Shown: one piece after another, positions 53,682-64,000 of the stretch
Numbering within the stretch: the stretch's first letter is position 1
How the letters are laid out: every line of letters begins with the position of its first letter
Source of the DNA: Centroscyllium fabricii
Taxonomy: Eukaryota
Reading direction: 5' to 3'
Length of the DNA: 64,000 bases
Assembly: GCA_051313645.2 (NCBI GenBank)
Contig: JBNRSN020000005.1
Span: 196,106,001 to 196,170,000 of the forward strand
The notes under the pieces: model-generated
The model's database searches: none
What the model was told of the DNA's origin: nothing
Seen by the model: the letters and a program-made list of their open reading frames with translations, nothing else
Position numbers and translations under genes: made by a program

Positions 53682-54140
53682 GTGTCATCCTTGGCTCAGT
53701 GGTAGCACCCTCACCTCTTGAGTCGTGGATTCAAATCCCAATCCTTAGATTTGAGCACATAATCTACACTGACACTTCAGTAAAGTATTGAGGGAGTGCT
53801 GCACTTTTGAAGGTGCTGTCTTTGAGATGAGACGTTAATTCGAGGCCTGGGCTACCCTGTCAGATGGACGTAAAGGATCCCATTCCACTATTCGAAGAAG
53901 TGCTGGGGAGTTCTTCTGTGTCCTGACCAATATTTATCCCTCATCCAATATCACAAACCGATTATCTGGTCATTTACTTAATTACTGCTGTTTGTGGGAC
54001 CTTGCTGTACGCAAACTGGCTGCCACATTTCCCTACGTTATAACCGTGACTGCACTTCAAAAGTACCTCACTGGCTGCGAAGCACTTTAGGACGTCCTGA
54101 GGACTTGAACAGCACTTTATAAATGCAAGTTTTTTCTCTT
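53682..54140 (+). mobile_element. tRNA-headed Deu-domain SINE (SacSINE1/AmnSINE1-like)
   Basis: A box TGGCTCAGTGG and B-box-like GGATTCAAATCC, a Deu-domain-like GAGGGAGTGCTGCAC...GATGAGACGTTAA..CGAGGCC, and a tail ending TATAAATGCAAGTTTTTT. Confidence 0.75.
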
Positions 54141-54157
54141 AAGCTCCTAGCTAATTA

Positions 54158-54682
54158 CAGGTTGAACACCGTTAATCCGGCAGGGTCGGGACCAGCACCC
54201 TACCGGATTGTTGAAAACGGCGAATGATTGAAGCCATGGCGGTGAATGCGCACAGCATTCAAAATGGCCACTGCAAAATTTTCAGTGCTCTGCGCATGCG
54301 CTCGCCGTTCGGGGGAAGAGCTGACGGGTTGGGTGCAGAGCGGCCCCGGGGTGGGGGGGATTCTCTGCTGCAGATGCAGCTGTTTCTTGCCACCGTCACA
54401 TTGCTTTGCATTGTAAGTTCGGTAAGATTTAAAATGCTTCGTACTTGCGTGATGACCGCGGCTCCTCCCTCAGACTCTCTCCATCTCCCATGGCAGCAGC
54501 ACCACGTGAAGTTTTGAATGATCTGCGCATGCGCTCGCCGTTCGGCAGTGCACGCGCAGATCATTCGCCGAAGCATTAATTGCGGCGGCCATTTTGCGCA
54601 TGCGCAGGGCAGTCGGGGCAATTTATGCCGGACGACTGAAGCCTCCGGTTTTTTGGTTACCGGATTAACGGTGTTCAACCTG
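54158..54682 (+). mobile_element. pogo/Tigger-like MITE, copy 4, with about 190-bp cargo
   Basis: Perfect 23-bp TIRs CAGGTTGAACACCGTTAATCCGG and a TA TSD. The cargo lies between 24-bp direct repeats at 54289-54312 and 54522-54545. Confidence 0.9.
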
Positions 54683-54775
54683 TACTTGAAATAAAAACTA
54701 GTCATAGAATAAAATATATTTTAGGTGGGTTACGATCGTATTAGATAGTAACTAAGCATTTGTGTTGTTTTACAG

Positions 54776-54981
54776 CTGAAGATGCCTTCCTATCTGCCGT
54801 TGTTAACTATACTAATAGTTCTACTGTCCATTTCAAGCTCTCTCCTACATATGTACTGTATATGACTTGTCGATATGTCCTGTCCAGCCAGTACCGGCCT
54901 GATATGAGCCCTTCTGAACGTACCCATAAAGTTATTGCGATAGTTAACAAGATGGTTAGCATGATGGAAGGAGTTATTCAG
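54776..54981 (+). CDS. AFDN: Afadin exon (SEDAFLSAVVNYTNSSTVHFKLSPTYVLY...MMEGVIQ)
   Basis: Boundaries are ttacag|CT...CAG|gtgagt. Highly conserved afadin segment. 206 nt, phase 1/0. Confidence 0.97.
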
Positions 54982-57022
54982 GTGAGTTTTAAGACGCACT
55001 GATGTTTGAGTTGATGTCAGATTCACATTTTATGCCTTTATGCCAAGCTTTGCAGTGATTAGGATAAATGATTTAACACTTGTGATGGACATATTAACAT
55101 TTACTGAGACTTTAATTACAGTTTCTGTAGCTTAACCAATAAAATGGTATAAGATTTTTCAATTTTTTTTCTGGAAAGGAACATTCTTTTATTAATGGAC
55201 TTGGACATTAAAATCACTTTTAAAGCAAATCTGAACTGTATTGGGTTGGTGCTGTTATTGTTGCAGTTGCTCCATTTGTCACAAAAGCAACAACAATCAT
55301 CGTAGTCAGGCCAGTGCTCTGAGTATGGTGGTGGAAGAAAGGTGCAGCTTACATATCTGTGTTTTGCTGTTGATCCATCATAAGGGAGGGGGGAAAAGAA
55401 TTAAGATTGGAATATTTCTTTTAACAACAAATTTCAAGTAGAAGTCCTAATTATAGGTCTAGTAAATCAGAACGCTGCTTTAAAGAGTTATTTTTCATTA
55501 AAATACTGTGTTTTTATAGGTCGCTTTAGGAACAAACATGCTTTTTGTTGGTACACTAATGTGATACTTAATTTTGTTGTTTCCAGCGTTATTACTGAAT
55601 ATAGAACTGAGTAGTTACACTGTACTTAATGTTCCTGTGCTTCACTATAGCTGTTAGTATAGCATTTCTCTAAACTGAGCAGTTTTGTTTTAAATGGCCG
55701 TGTCACATTTAAAGATAATCTGAATTCCAAAATCCTAAATTTAAGTTGCATAATTTTGTTTTTAATAATTAGACACTTTTAGTTTTATGAAGAATATGAA
55801 ATTGGTACATTATCATTGTTTTCATGAATTTTTATTTAATTGTCCATTTTTATTAACGGTTTAATATTAACGGTTTAAGAAATATACTGTGCACTGCCAC
55901 CTCTTGGCTCAGTATCATATGCTCTGCCTTTTCAGCAATCAAAGCCACCTGGTTTAATTATCAGCATAAAGTTAAGCAGCTTTAAGATGTTTTAGATATT
56001 AATATTAACTTCTATTGTAAACAAATAGCTGACAGTGTCCTGATAGATACAATTTTTTACGAACCCATTGTAAACGAAATGTATTCAGACTTGACCCACA
56101 GAATTGCAGTAGCTCTTTAGGATATTGCACTCCATTTATATTGGGTATGGTTTGTCTGGGCAATTGGGTAAACTGGATAAATTGTGCAAGCCTGAAGTAG
56201 ATGTAACCAGTTTCTATATTTCTTTGATTGTCCATGCGCTGCCTCTAACTTAGTAGTGCTTGTTGTTGCTTTTGTGACTTAAAATTATAATACCTTGGTT
56301 TTATTTTTTGATTTTATCCTTTTCTTCTAGGCTCTTGTTCAAAGTGCATTGAATCAGGGAGGGTTAGGGAGCAGAGGCTCAGGTTAGCGAGGTTTCTTTG
56401 GAGGACATAGGCACGGCAGAGTTTCTGGGAATTATAAGTCGTCTGTGATATTTGATCTAAAACTATTCTAACAAATCTGACAAAAGAGTCAATCATGCCA
56501 GGGCTGTTTGTCAGAGAGTACTGAGTTTAGAGTGATTAGGGAGCAAAGACTTACTTTCTCCCTCTGCAGCCAATCTGATTTGTCTGGCTACAGTGGGCCT
56601 CGTGTAAACCTGACTGTCAGGTTTGCCCGTCCATACACAGCTGATTAATCGGCTATGTATGCGCCAGCCTCTTAAGCAATTTGAACTGCAGCATCTTGAG
56701 GGTCATATCTCCACTCTTAGAAGGACTTAATATTGGTATTAAATAACTGGTTGGCCTTCTACAAAAATTATGCACAACCTTTATTTCAGTGTTTTTTAAA
56801 GATCTGACAGGACATTTTCATGGAATTATGGTAATTCAACATTTCTACACTAGATTTCAGCATTGCCTTCTTTAAACGCCTTGTAAATCTGCAGTGATTT
56901 GTTTTGATGTACTTTATGCATAAAACTAGACTTTTTTGACATTCTATGTTCAGAATATTTTACTTTGACAAAATCTTGTGGAAATCTTTTTATTACCACT
57001 GTGCATCACTAATAGACACACT

Positions 57023-57863
57023 GGCCGAAAAATTCATCAGCGCACAAAATGGTCGCTAAATTTGGTGCTGTGCAAGGTCCGAAATTGGCGCTAGCAGCGG
57101 CCTTGAAGATTTCGGCACAAATTCCCACCTTGCACGAGAGTCAGGCGGCTAATATACCGGCGCTAATGGCCATTCCCGGGCGTAGCGCTACCTGACTAAC
57201 TGCTTGCTTCCCCTTCGCCTCTGCAGCCGATGAGGCATTAAAGGGGGAGCAGCAGCTGTTCTCTGTGCTGTCTGAGCAGTTGTGTTGCGGAGAGGGGGTC
57301 CGGCTCTCTGATCAGTGGCGTCTCGGAGAGCGGGGAGGGGGTCCGACTCTCTGATCAGTGGCATCTCGGAGAGAGTGGGGAAGGGGGGCGGCTCGCTGAT
57401 CATTTGCGTGTTGGTGGGTCTCTCCAAGACGCCACTGATCAGAGAGCTGGACCCCCTCCCCACTCTCTCCGAGATGCCACTGATCAGAGAGCCGGACCCC
57501 CTCCCCGATCTCTCATCAATTGGCCGCTCAGGCCGACTCCCCCCCGTCAGTGGCAGCACTTAGGCCGAAGAGAGAGGGTGGCCCTTTTAGCAGCGCTGAA
57601 GCAGCCACTCAAAGCCGCTGCAGCGCTTGCGAAAGCTGTCGCTAATAGGTGGCGCTGTGAAGGCGCTAAGGCCAATAATGGGCGCAGCCCGCCGGTGGCT
57701 GTTGCACACGCGTTGCCACGACGATTGTTGATTGTCAGGCGGCGCAGCGCTAGCATTTAGTGCCGATGCTAACCACCATGCCAATTTAGCGCCCGGCGCT
57801 AATTTGGGCGCTACGTCGGCGCTGCCCCATTAGGCCCGGCGCCAAGGCGCCAATTTTTCGACC
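57023..57863. mobile_element. Harbinger-like GC-rich MITE with an internal inverted minisatellite
   Basis: Termini GGCCGAAAAATT and AATTTTTCGACC, with many GGCGCTAA/TAGCGC subterminal motifs. The TSD is unclear. Confidence 0.6.
57290..57510. repeat. Unit of about 43 bp: roughly 2.5 direct copies followed by 2 inverted copies
   Basis: GAGGGGGTCCGGCTCTCTGATCAGTGGCRTCTCGGAGAG is repeated, followed by its reverse complement. Confidence 0.85.
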
Positions 57864-57879
57864 TTACTGTTACAAAATA

Positions 57880-58502
57880 CTGGTTGAAGTTCGTTAATCT
57901 GGCTGGGTCGGGACCAGCACCCTGCCGAATTGTTGAAAAAGCCAAATGATTGAAGCTTCGGCGTCGCATGCGCAGAGCATTCAAAATGGCCACCGCAAAA
58001 TGTTTAATGCTCTGTGCATGCGCCGCCGGTATCTGGAAGGTAATTTTCGGCCCTAGGTTCAGGTGGAACTCATAGGACGCACTCGATTCTGCTGCCCATG
58101 GTGGATCAGGGAGTGGGCTGCAAGGCTCCAGCGGGCTTGAGGCTCAATGCGCGCGCGGCTCAAGCCCAGCTCACGTGACTCCACCACACGCCAGCTTCGG
58201 AACGCAGTGACGTCAGCACGCAGCAGCCTCTGGCAGCAATGGGGAGCCAGGCGCAGAGTTTTGGTTGTACCACGTCCTGCGAAAGGCAGCAACAGCTCAT
58301 TTTCTGGGCCTGGGATTCACCATCGGCATTGGGGTGGTTACTAAGCTGGGATCCAGTGACTATATGTTAGGTGAAAGGGAAGCCCAGCCCCGACGGTGGC
58401 CATTTTGAATTATCTGCGCATGCGCCGGGCAGTCAGGAAAATGTGTGCTGAACGACTGAAGCTGCCGGTTTTTCGGGTGCCAGATTAACGAACTTCAACC
58501 TG
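57880..58502 (+). mobile_element. pogo/Tigger-like MITE, copy 5, with about 360-bp cargo
   Basis: TA|CTGGTTGAAGTTCGTTAATCTGGC ... GCCAGATTAACGAACTTCAACCTG|TA. The arms are homologous to copies 1 and 4. Unique centre at about 58031-58391. Confidence 0.87.
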
Positions 58503-58915
58503 TATACTGCTCCAGACATTAAAAATGAACAAACGTCATTTTTTTATGCGCCTATAATTCAAATACCAAAATAAATGAATTTTTCAGTTAATTACTAAAA
58601 CACAAACGTTTGCTTTCAATTTTTGTTACGGAAAGTAGTGAAAGTGATTACCTATTCCCCCCCCCCCCGCCGCCGCCACCTCACAGGTAGCGGAAACTGC
58701 CTCACTGCAAAGTGACAACTTAATACACACACATTGTAAAAGTTTGTTTCTGGATCATAGCAGTTGAGCTGGTTTGTGTTTTAAGTTGTCTGTGTAGTAT
58801 CATAATTAAATTTAATTTTATGCAATGATTTGCATTTATTAATCGTTATTTGTGTACATCGTGACTGTTATTTTTTTTTCTCTATTTTGCCTGATTCCTC
58901 TTCCCTTTTCTGCAG

Positions 58916-58936
58916 GATATAGCACAGTATGAACAG
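58916..58936 (+). CDS. AFDN: Afadin 21-nt microexon (DIAQYEQ), phase 0/0
   Basis: A long polypyrimidine tract precedes tgcag|GATATAGCACAGTATGAACAG|gtagga. It preserves frame and falls between VIQ and KQKNIAG, where rodent afadin has a 7-aa insert (recalled as EVDQVDQ). Confidence 0.8.
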
Positions 58937-59312
58937 GTAGGACATGTTGCTGGGAACTGTTCCCAGCAGTCAGCTTAGCTCAGTTTCTCATGCTTCTCCA
59001 TATCAGAAACAACAAATCCAGCGGCTGGACTGAACGGTACATAACACTCATTTAACAATTGGAACATGCAGCACTAAAACTTGACTGCACAACTATGTTG
59101 GCATTTCATTTTATCTGCTTAATGCACTTTTCTGTGGTGATGTACAGATTCAGCCCAAGTTCTTTTGCTTGATGTCTGTGGCCCTTTTCTTTTGTCAGCC
59201 TTGTTTAACATTGCCTAGCCTGGCTCATGCGGTCAGGGGTTGCATTTAAGACTGATCATCATGTAGAACAGAAGAAAAATCCTCAAGAATGACATTATTT
59301 TGATCATTACAG

Positions 59313-59458
59313 AAACAGAAGAATATTGCAGGTGCGCTTGCTTTCTGGATGGCAAATGCATCAGAACTGCTCAACTTCATCAAACAGGACCGAGATCTGA
59401 GTCGGATCACCCTAGATGCACAGGATGTCTTGGCTCATTTGGTGCAAATGGCTTTCAA
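59313..59458 (+). CDS. AFDN: Afadin exon (KQKNIAGALAFWMANASELLNFIKQDRDLSRITLDAQDVLAHLVQMAF), DIL region
   Basis: Boundaries are ttacag|AAA...CAA|gtatga. The translation is essentially identical to mammalian afadin. 146 nt, phase 0/2. Confidence 0.97.
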
Positions 59459-61354
59459 GTATGAAAATTAAAACACTAACACTGGTGTTCAACTATCTTA
59501 TTGTGTCACTAATGGCATACACTGAATTGGCAGATTCCATTTTGTCACTCTTTACCCACACCGCATCCCCCTGCCCCCAATCTCCAACCTTCCAAGAAAG
59601 TCGACTAAATAGCAATGCTTTTCTGTTGCTGCCAATCCAGTCCATGCAATCCTTGTTGCAAATATAGTTTTGTATTAGGAAATGCTTAGCAACTAGACAA
59701 ATATTTTTTAATCTTGCTATTGCAAGTTTTTAAGTTTCAAAATCCTCAGTAGAAATTTACTTTACTTAAGAGCTACACTGTGATATTTTCTGGCAAAATA
59801 GTGTATCAGAATGACCCATTGCTTTTATAAATTGTCCTCCCTGCCATATTAGGAAGTGGAGAAGAGGAGAAGATTGTCAAAACACATATGCAAATACTTA
59901 GTACTAACACCAACTGTGTTTTAGAAATGCAACCAATTTGAATGTTGGCACAAGTTCATTAAAAAAAAACTTACCTGATACTTTCACTACCATGAAATTT
60001 AACATCCTTCTAGATTTAACCTAATCTGAGTATTGTTCTCCTCTCTGAATTATATATACTTGTGGAGTGCAATTAGATGACCGATTTTAAGCTGCCTGTT
60101 ATGGTCAAGTATTAGCCGAAGAAAAAATATTGATTAAGATTGAGGCTGTCGGATTCCAGATGGCTTACCAGTTAAGCTATATTCTGTATCAATGGATTGT
60201 ATGGAATTGCAAATACATATTCTAATGAAGTATGTTTTAATAGGACCCGTGGAGGCGATGTTTTTTTATTGATGTTAGTTTGCTTCATTTGATGGATGGA
60301 GTAATTCTTGAACTTTGTAATTTTTAGCATTTTGAATTTTAAACCAGCAAAATACCATTACAAAAGATATGCTAAAATAAAATAAATTACAAAAACAGAA
60401 AAAGGAAAATGTTCAATAATTTAAAGAGTTAGCAAGATATAGCTAGCTAACAACACTTAACCATTGCATAGAGAATAAAACCCAGAGAGTTCTGGGATAC
60501 TTTCAATTCAATCTTAAAAAGTTTTTGAATTTGACAATCCGGTCAAATTTGCGAATCTTCACAGTCCTACTAAAAATTGTTTTCTTAATTATTTCTAGAA
60601 TTGACCCTGTCATGTTGCACAGTATGGCACTTCAGGCTTTCAAGGCATAGTTGCAGATTTAGTGATAATCCAAGTGCTTTCTTAAATTTTGTTAAGACAT
60701 TAAAAGGAAAATTAATAACAAGGTCACCTATTAGGCAAGATCCAAGTTCCACTCCAAATATCCTACGTTAAGTTTTGCTCCGTTTCTAGAAAGCACTTGG
60801 CTCTCAAACTGGTACATGTGAAGACTGAGCAAGAGTCACCTGCCTGAGAGACCCTCATGTAATCAATCACTTCGTATCAAAACAGGATTTTGTTTGTAGC
60901 ACTTCACTTCTCCAATTCCATCCAAGATAGTCTCCTAACTGCAGGAAATGTGCTTCAACTTAAGAGTCAAATTATAAACAGACAGGTGCAGTAATCTTAA
61001 AATATCTCGGAGGGGGGGTGGCTGTCTGTCTGTCATTTCAATAAGCTATTTTTTTTCCATACTTGGCAATTCTAATCCCAATATAGTAATTATGATTTTA
61101 ATCGAGATAATGGAGACAGAGTACATTTCTTGTAATTAGAATTGAACATTACACAGTCTTTCTGTTCAACTGCGCAAGCAATGACTGCATTTATAAACCC
61201 ATCTGGATGAAATAAAGGGTCTAGTAGGAATATTGAATGCACCATAGATTTTTCTGGTATAGGGAAACTTTTCTCGGTTCTGTTAATTTGTGACCTATTT
61301 CAGAATTTCAAGATGATGGATGCATTTGAAAAATCCATATCCACATAATCATTT

Positions 61355-61495
61355 ACATAGAAACATAGAAGATAGGAGCAGGAGTAGGCCATTCGGCCCT
61401 TCGAGCCTGCTCCGCCATTCAATGAGATCATGGCTGATCATCCAAACCCAGTACCCTGTCCCTGCCCTCTCCCCATATCCCTCGATCCCTATCGA
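61355..61495 (-). mobile_element. CR1 3'-tail-only fragment
   Basis: Reverse complement of the CR1 3' UTR, nearly identical to 1890-2005. Confidence 0.88.
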
Positions 61496-62096
61496 GCCTG
61501 CACCGACACATATCCCACCCCATCCCCGTTTACTAGTGAATGCTGGCCTTTAATGATATTAAAGAAATAATTTTCTATTTGGAGTTTAAGATATGATGAA
61601 CGGTTAAGGAAGATTAGGTTCTTTGGGAAAGAGGAAGACTTCAAGGTGACCTAACTGAAGGTTTCAAGATTATTAAGCGTGTTTACAAATTCGGCCAAAG
61701 CAAATATTTCACTTCGGTTCAATTATCGGAAAAAAATCAAGAAGCTGGGAGTAAGAAGTGAAATAGTCCAGAGCTTTTTTCACCCAAAAGAAAATTATGT
61801 AATCATTTACCAGTGAAGGCCATTGATGTGAGCAATATATATTACTTAGAGAAATACGATGGGCAGCCGAGATGATCTGTGAAAAAGGATGGTCTTATTA
61901 GGCTCTCATGGCACATTTCTTGTTAGTCTTAGCCGAATAAACAAATAATTTGAAAGTGACTGGGATATCTTTTTCCTGAATGTCTTAAAAGCTCCTGTCA
62001 ATGTGGGATATTGCATGGACTTCATATTTCAGATGTTAAGGATACTTTTAGTTTAAGCTCTGACATTTAAAATCCATGGAGAATTCTGTGTTGCAG

Positions 62097-62191
62097 ATAC
62101 TTGGTGCACTGTCTTCAATCTGATCTCAACAATTATATGCCGGCATTTCTTGAAGATCCTGAGGAAGCAAACCCGCAAAGACCCAAAATAG
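62097..62191 (+). CDS. AFDN: Afadin exon (YLVHCLQSDLNNYMPAFLEDPEEANPQRPKI)
   Basis: Boundaries are ttgcag|A...ATAG|gtctga. Matches afadin YLVHCLQSELNNYMPAFLDDPEE. 95 nt, phase 2/1. Confidence 0.95.
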
Positions 62192-62489
62192 GTCTGAAAG
62201 CTAAATTTAACTTTTTGTCACAACTTTATTTGACCGTGATCATTTCCCAGACTTTCTTATGATTAAGTATACTTTGGATTTGCATATCCATAAAACTTTG
62301 AGGGGCTTTTTCTTGACTGAATGTGACAACCGGCATTGTTGATTTCCAATTTATTCTTGTTCAAAGACGACGACAAATGCTGCTCCCAATACTAGTTCTT
62401 TCTGTTTTAATATTTAATATTTAATATAAATATCTCCTCCCCTTCTCCCAAAAAGGAAAATCCTGTTTCCCTGTTAATTTGTAAACTGT

Positions 62490-63200
62490 CCAGTCTTCCT
62501 AATATTTAAAAACACATTCAAAGTCCCAAGGCACTGCATGGAGGAGAAAAGAGGAGCAGGTGATGAGCATTTGCAAGAGGTTTAAGCTTGGTTGAAGAGC
62601 AGGGTTTTGAGAAGATTTTGTGGGGAAGTAGTTAGAGAGGGAGTTCCCGAGAGTCTGCCTGAGGTGGCTGAAGCTGCTAGCATCAGAGAGAATGGCAAAT
62701 GCATGTGATGCCAGATTCAGAGGACAGAAGAGCGTAGAAGGGTATACAAGACTGAAGAAGGCTGCAGAGGTAGGGTGTGGCCAGGTAGCGGGGAGATTTG
62801 TGGATGGTGAGAATTTTGAATTTGATCCATTAAGAGCTGGAACTCTAGGTCATGGAGGGTGGGGTAATTGATGAGCAGAGCTTAGTGGAGGACAGGATGC
62901 AGACAGTGGAGTTTTGGGTGGTTTGGAATTGGAGGTTGGGGGGGCACGGAGTTACGGAAGTCTGGTCTAGAGTTGATGAATGGAAGGCTAAGAGTTTTAG
63001 CAGCATGGAGGTAAAGTGGGGGTAGAGACAGGAAATGTTGTGGAGGGGGATTAAGTGGTCTTGGGTGATGGATACAATATAGGGTTTGTTGCTGATCTCC
63101 GGCTCGGGGACACAGTCTGACTGTCTGAGCAAGCAGTCAGTGGTAAGTGTGAAGCGTTTTCGGTAAGGTCTGAAAATTGACTTGTGTTAAATTGGAGGAA
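62490..63200 (-). mobile_element. Old L2-like LINE remnant
   Basis: ORF 62845..63132 keeps decayed L2 C-terminal motifs (..LQ..QNS..ILS.TK..SSITP). Confidence 0.5.
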
Positions 63201-63480
63201 ATTCTGGATCATCCATGAATAAAGGTCAGACAGACATGAAGATGCAGTCCAGCAACAGGTTGACTAGGTATAGTTTCCCCACCAAATGTGCAGCCCAGGT
63301 TGCTTTATCTCCCATGTGAAGGATCTCATCTGATCCAAACCTGGGTATGAGACTGCATATTGAACGAAGATCAGAGGACTGAAAATAATCACTGAATGGG
63401 TTGTCTGTCTTGAAGTTGTATGAAATACCTCATTTCTTTTGGGGCCAGCAATGACATCTCAGCTTTCAGAACTGGCTTTC

Positions 63481-63681
63481 AGTAAAAATGCAAAATACTG
63501 CAGGTGCTGGAAATCTGAAGTAAAAACAGAAAATTCTGTAGGTCAGGCAGCATCTGTGGAGAGAGAAGCAAAGTTAACATTTCAGGTCGATGACTCATTG
63601 ACCTGAAACGTTAACTCTGTTTCTCTCTCCACAGATGCTGACTGACCTGCTGAGTGTTTTCAGTATTTTCTGTTTTTATTT
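63481..63681. mobile_element. Miniature Penelope-derived hairpin (two inverted terminal fragments)
   Basis: The arms match 10458-10575 and 11481-11563. CTGGCTTTC is repeated at 63472-63480 and 63682-63690. Confidence 0.8.
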
Positions 63682-63744
63682 CTGGCTTTCTAGGGATCAC
63701 TACATTTATTGACTGTCTGTTTCTGTCTAACATTTTGTAGTCCC

Positions 63745-64000
63745 ATTTCTTTAAAGGCTCTGCCAATAATGAAATGGCAGAGACTTTTAAACAAATATTT
63801 AGTATCTGTCTTCACAGGAGAAGCCACAAAGCATACCAAAAATAGCGCAGAGCCAAGGGGCTAATAAGAGTGAGGAACTTAAAATCAGTCGAGAAAAAGT
63901 ACTTGAGAAAGAAAGTGACTAAAAGCCGTGAAGTCCTCTGGACTTGATGGCCGACATCCTAGGGTTCTAAAAGAAGTGGCTGCAGAGATAGTGGATGCAT
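63745..64000 (+). mobile_element. CR1 LINE fragment (runs off the window end)
   Basis: Degenerate NKYLVSVFT and [15 protein letters not shown] coding motifs. Confidence 0.85.

Noticed and set aside
53692-53745. tRNA gene
   Set aside because: A and B boxes are present, but there is no complete cloverleaf and the sequence continues into a SINE body.
18823-58502. MITE arms with variable centres read as a CRISPR-like repeat-spacer array
   Set aside because: The copies are dispersed, bounded by TIRs with TA flanks, and lack regular repeat and spacer lengths. There are no cas genes.

Overview
This is vertebrate nuclear DNA, most likely from a shark or other cartilaginous fish (inferred from the CR1-dominated repeat content, a Deu-domain SINE and the exon divergence from mammals). 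The whole window lies inside the afadin gene (AFDN/AF-6/MLLT4, + strand). Ten coding exons splice in consistent phase from the FHA domain into the start of the DIL region. Two look alternative: a 45-nt exon surrounded by RBFOX motifs and a 21-nt microexon. The large introns are filled with transposable elements: about a dozen CR1 LINE copies (several nested, one nearly intact), a Rex1/Babar fragment, L2 and RTE remnants, a tRNA-headed DeuSINE, Penelope-like hairpin elements carrying minimal hammerhead ribozymes, and PIF/Harbinger-like MITEs. The most unusual observation is a five-copy family of pogo/Tigger-like MITEs. They share TIRs and arms built from NRF1 and YY1 motifs, and four of the five carry a different GC-rich, promoter- or first-exon-like cargo (candidate Pack-type capture elements). 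Most short ORFs in the supplied track are TE fragments or antisense shadows. Family names come from motif recognition only; no database search was run.
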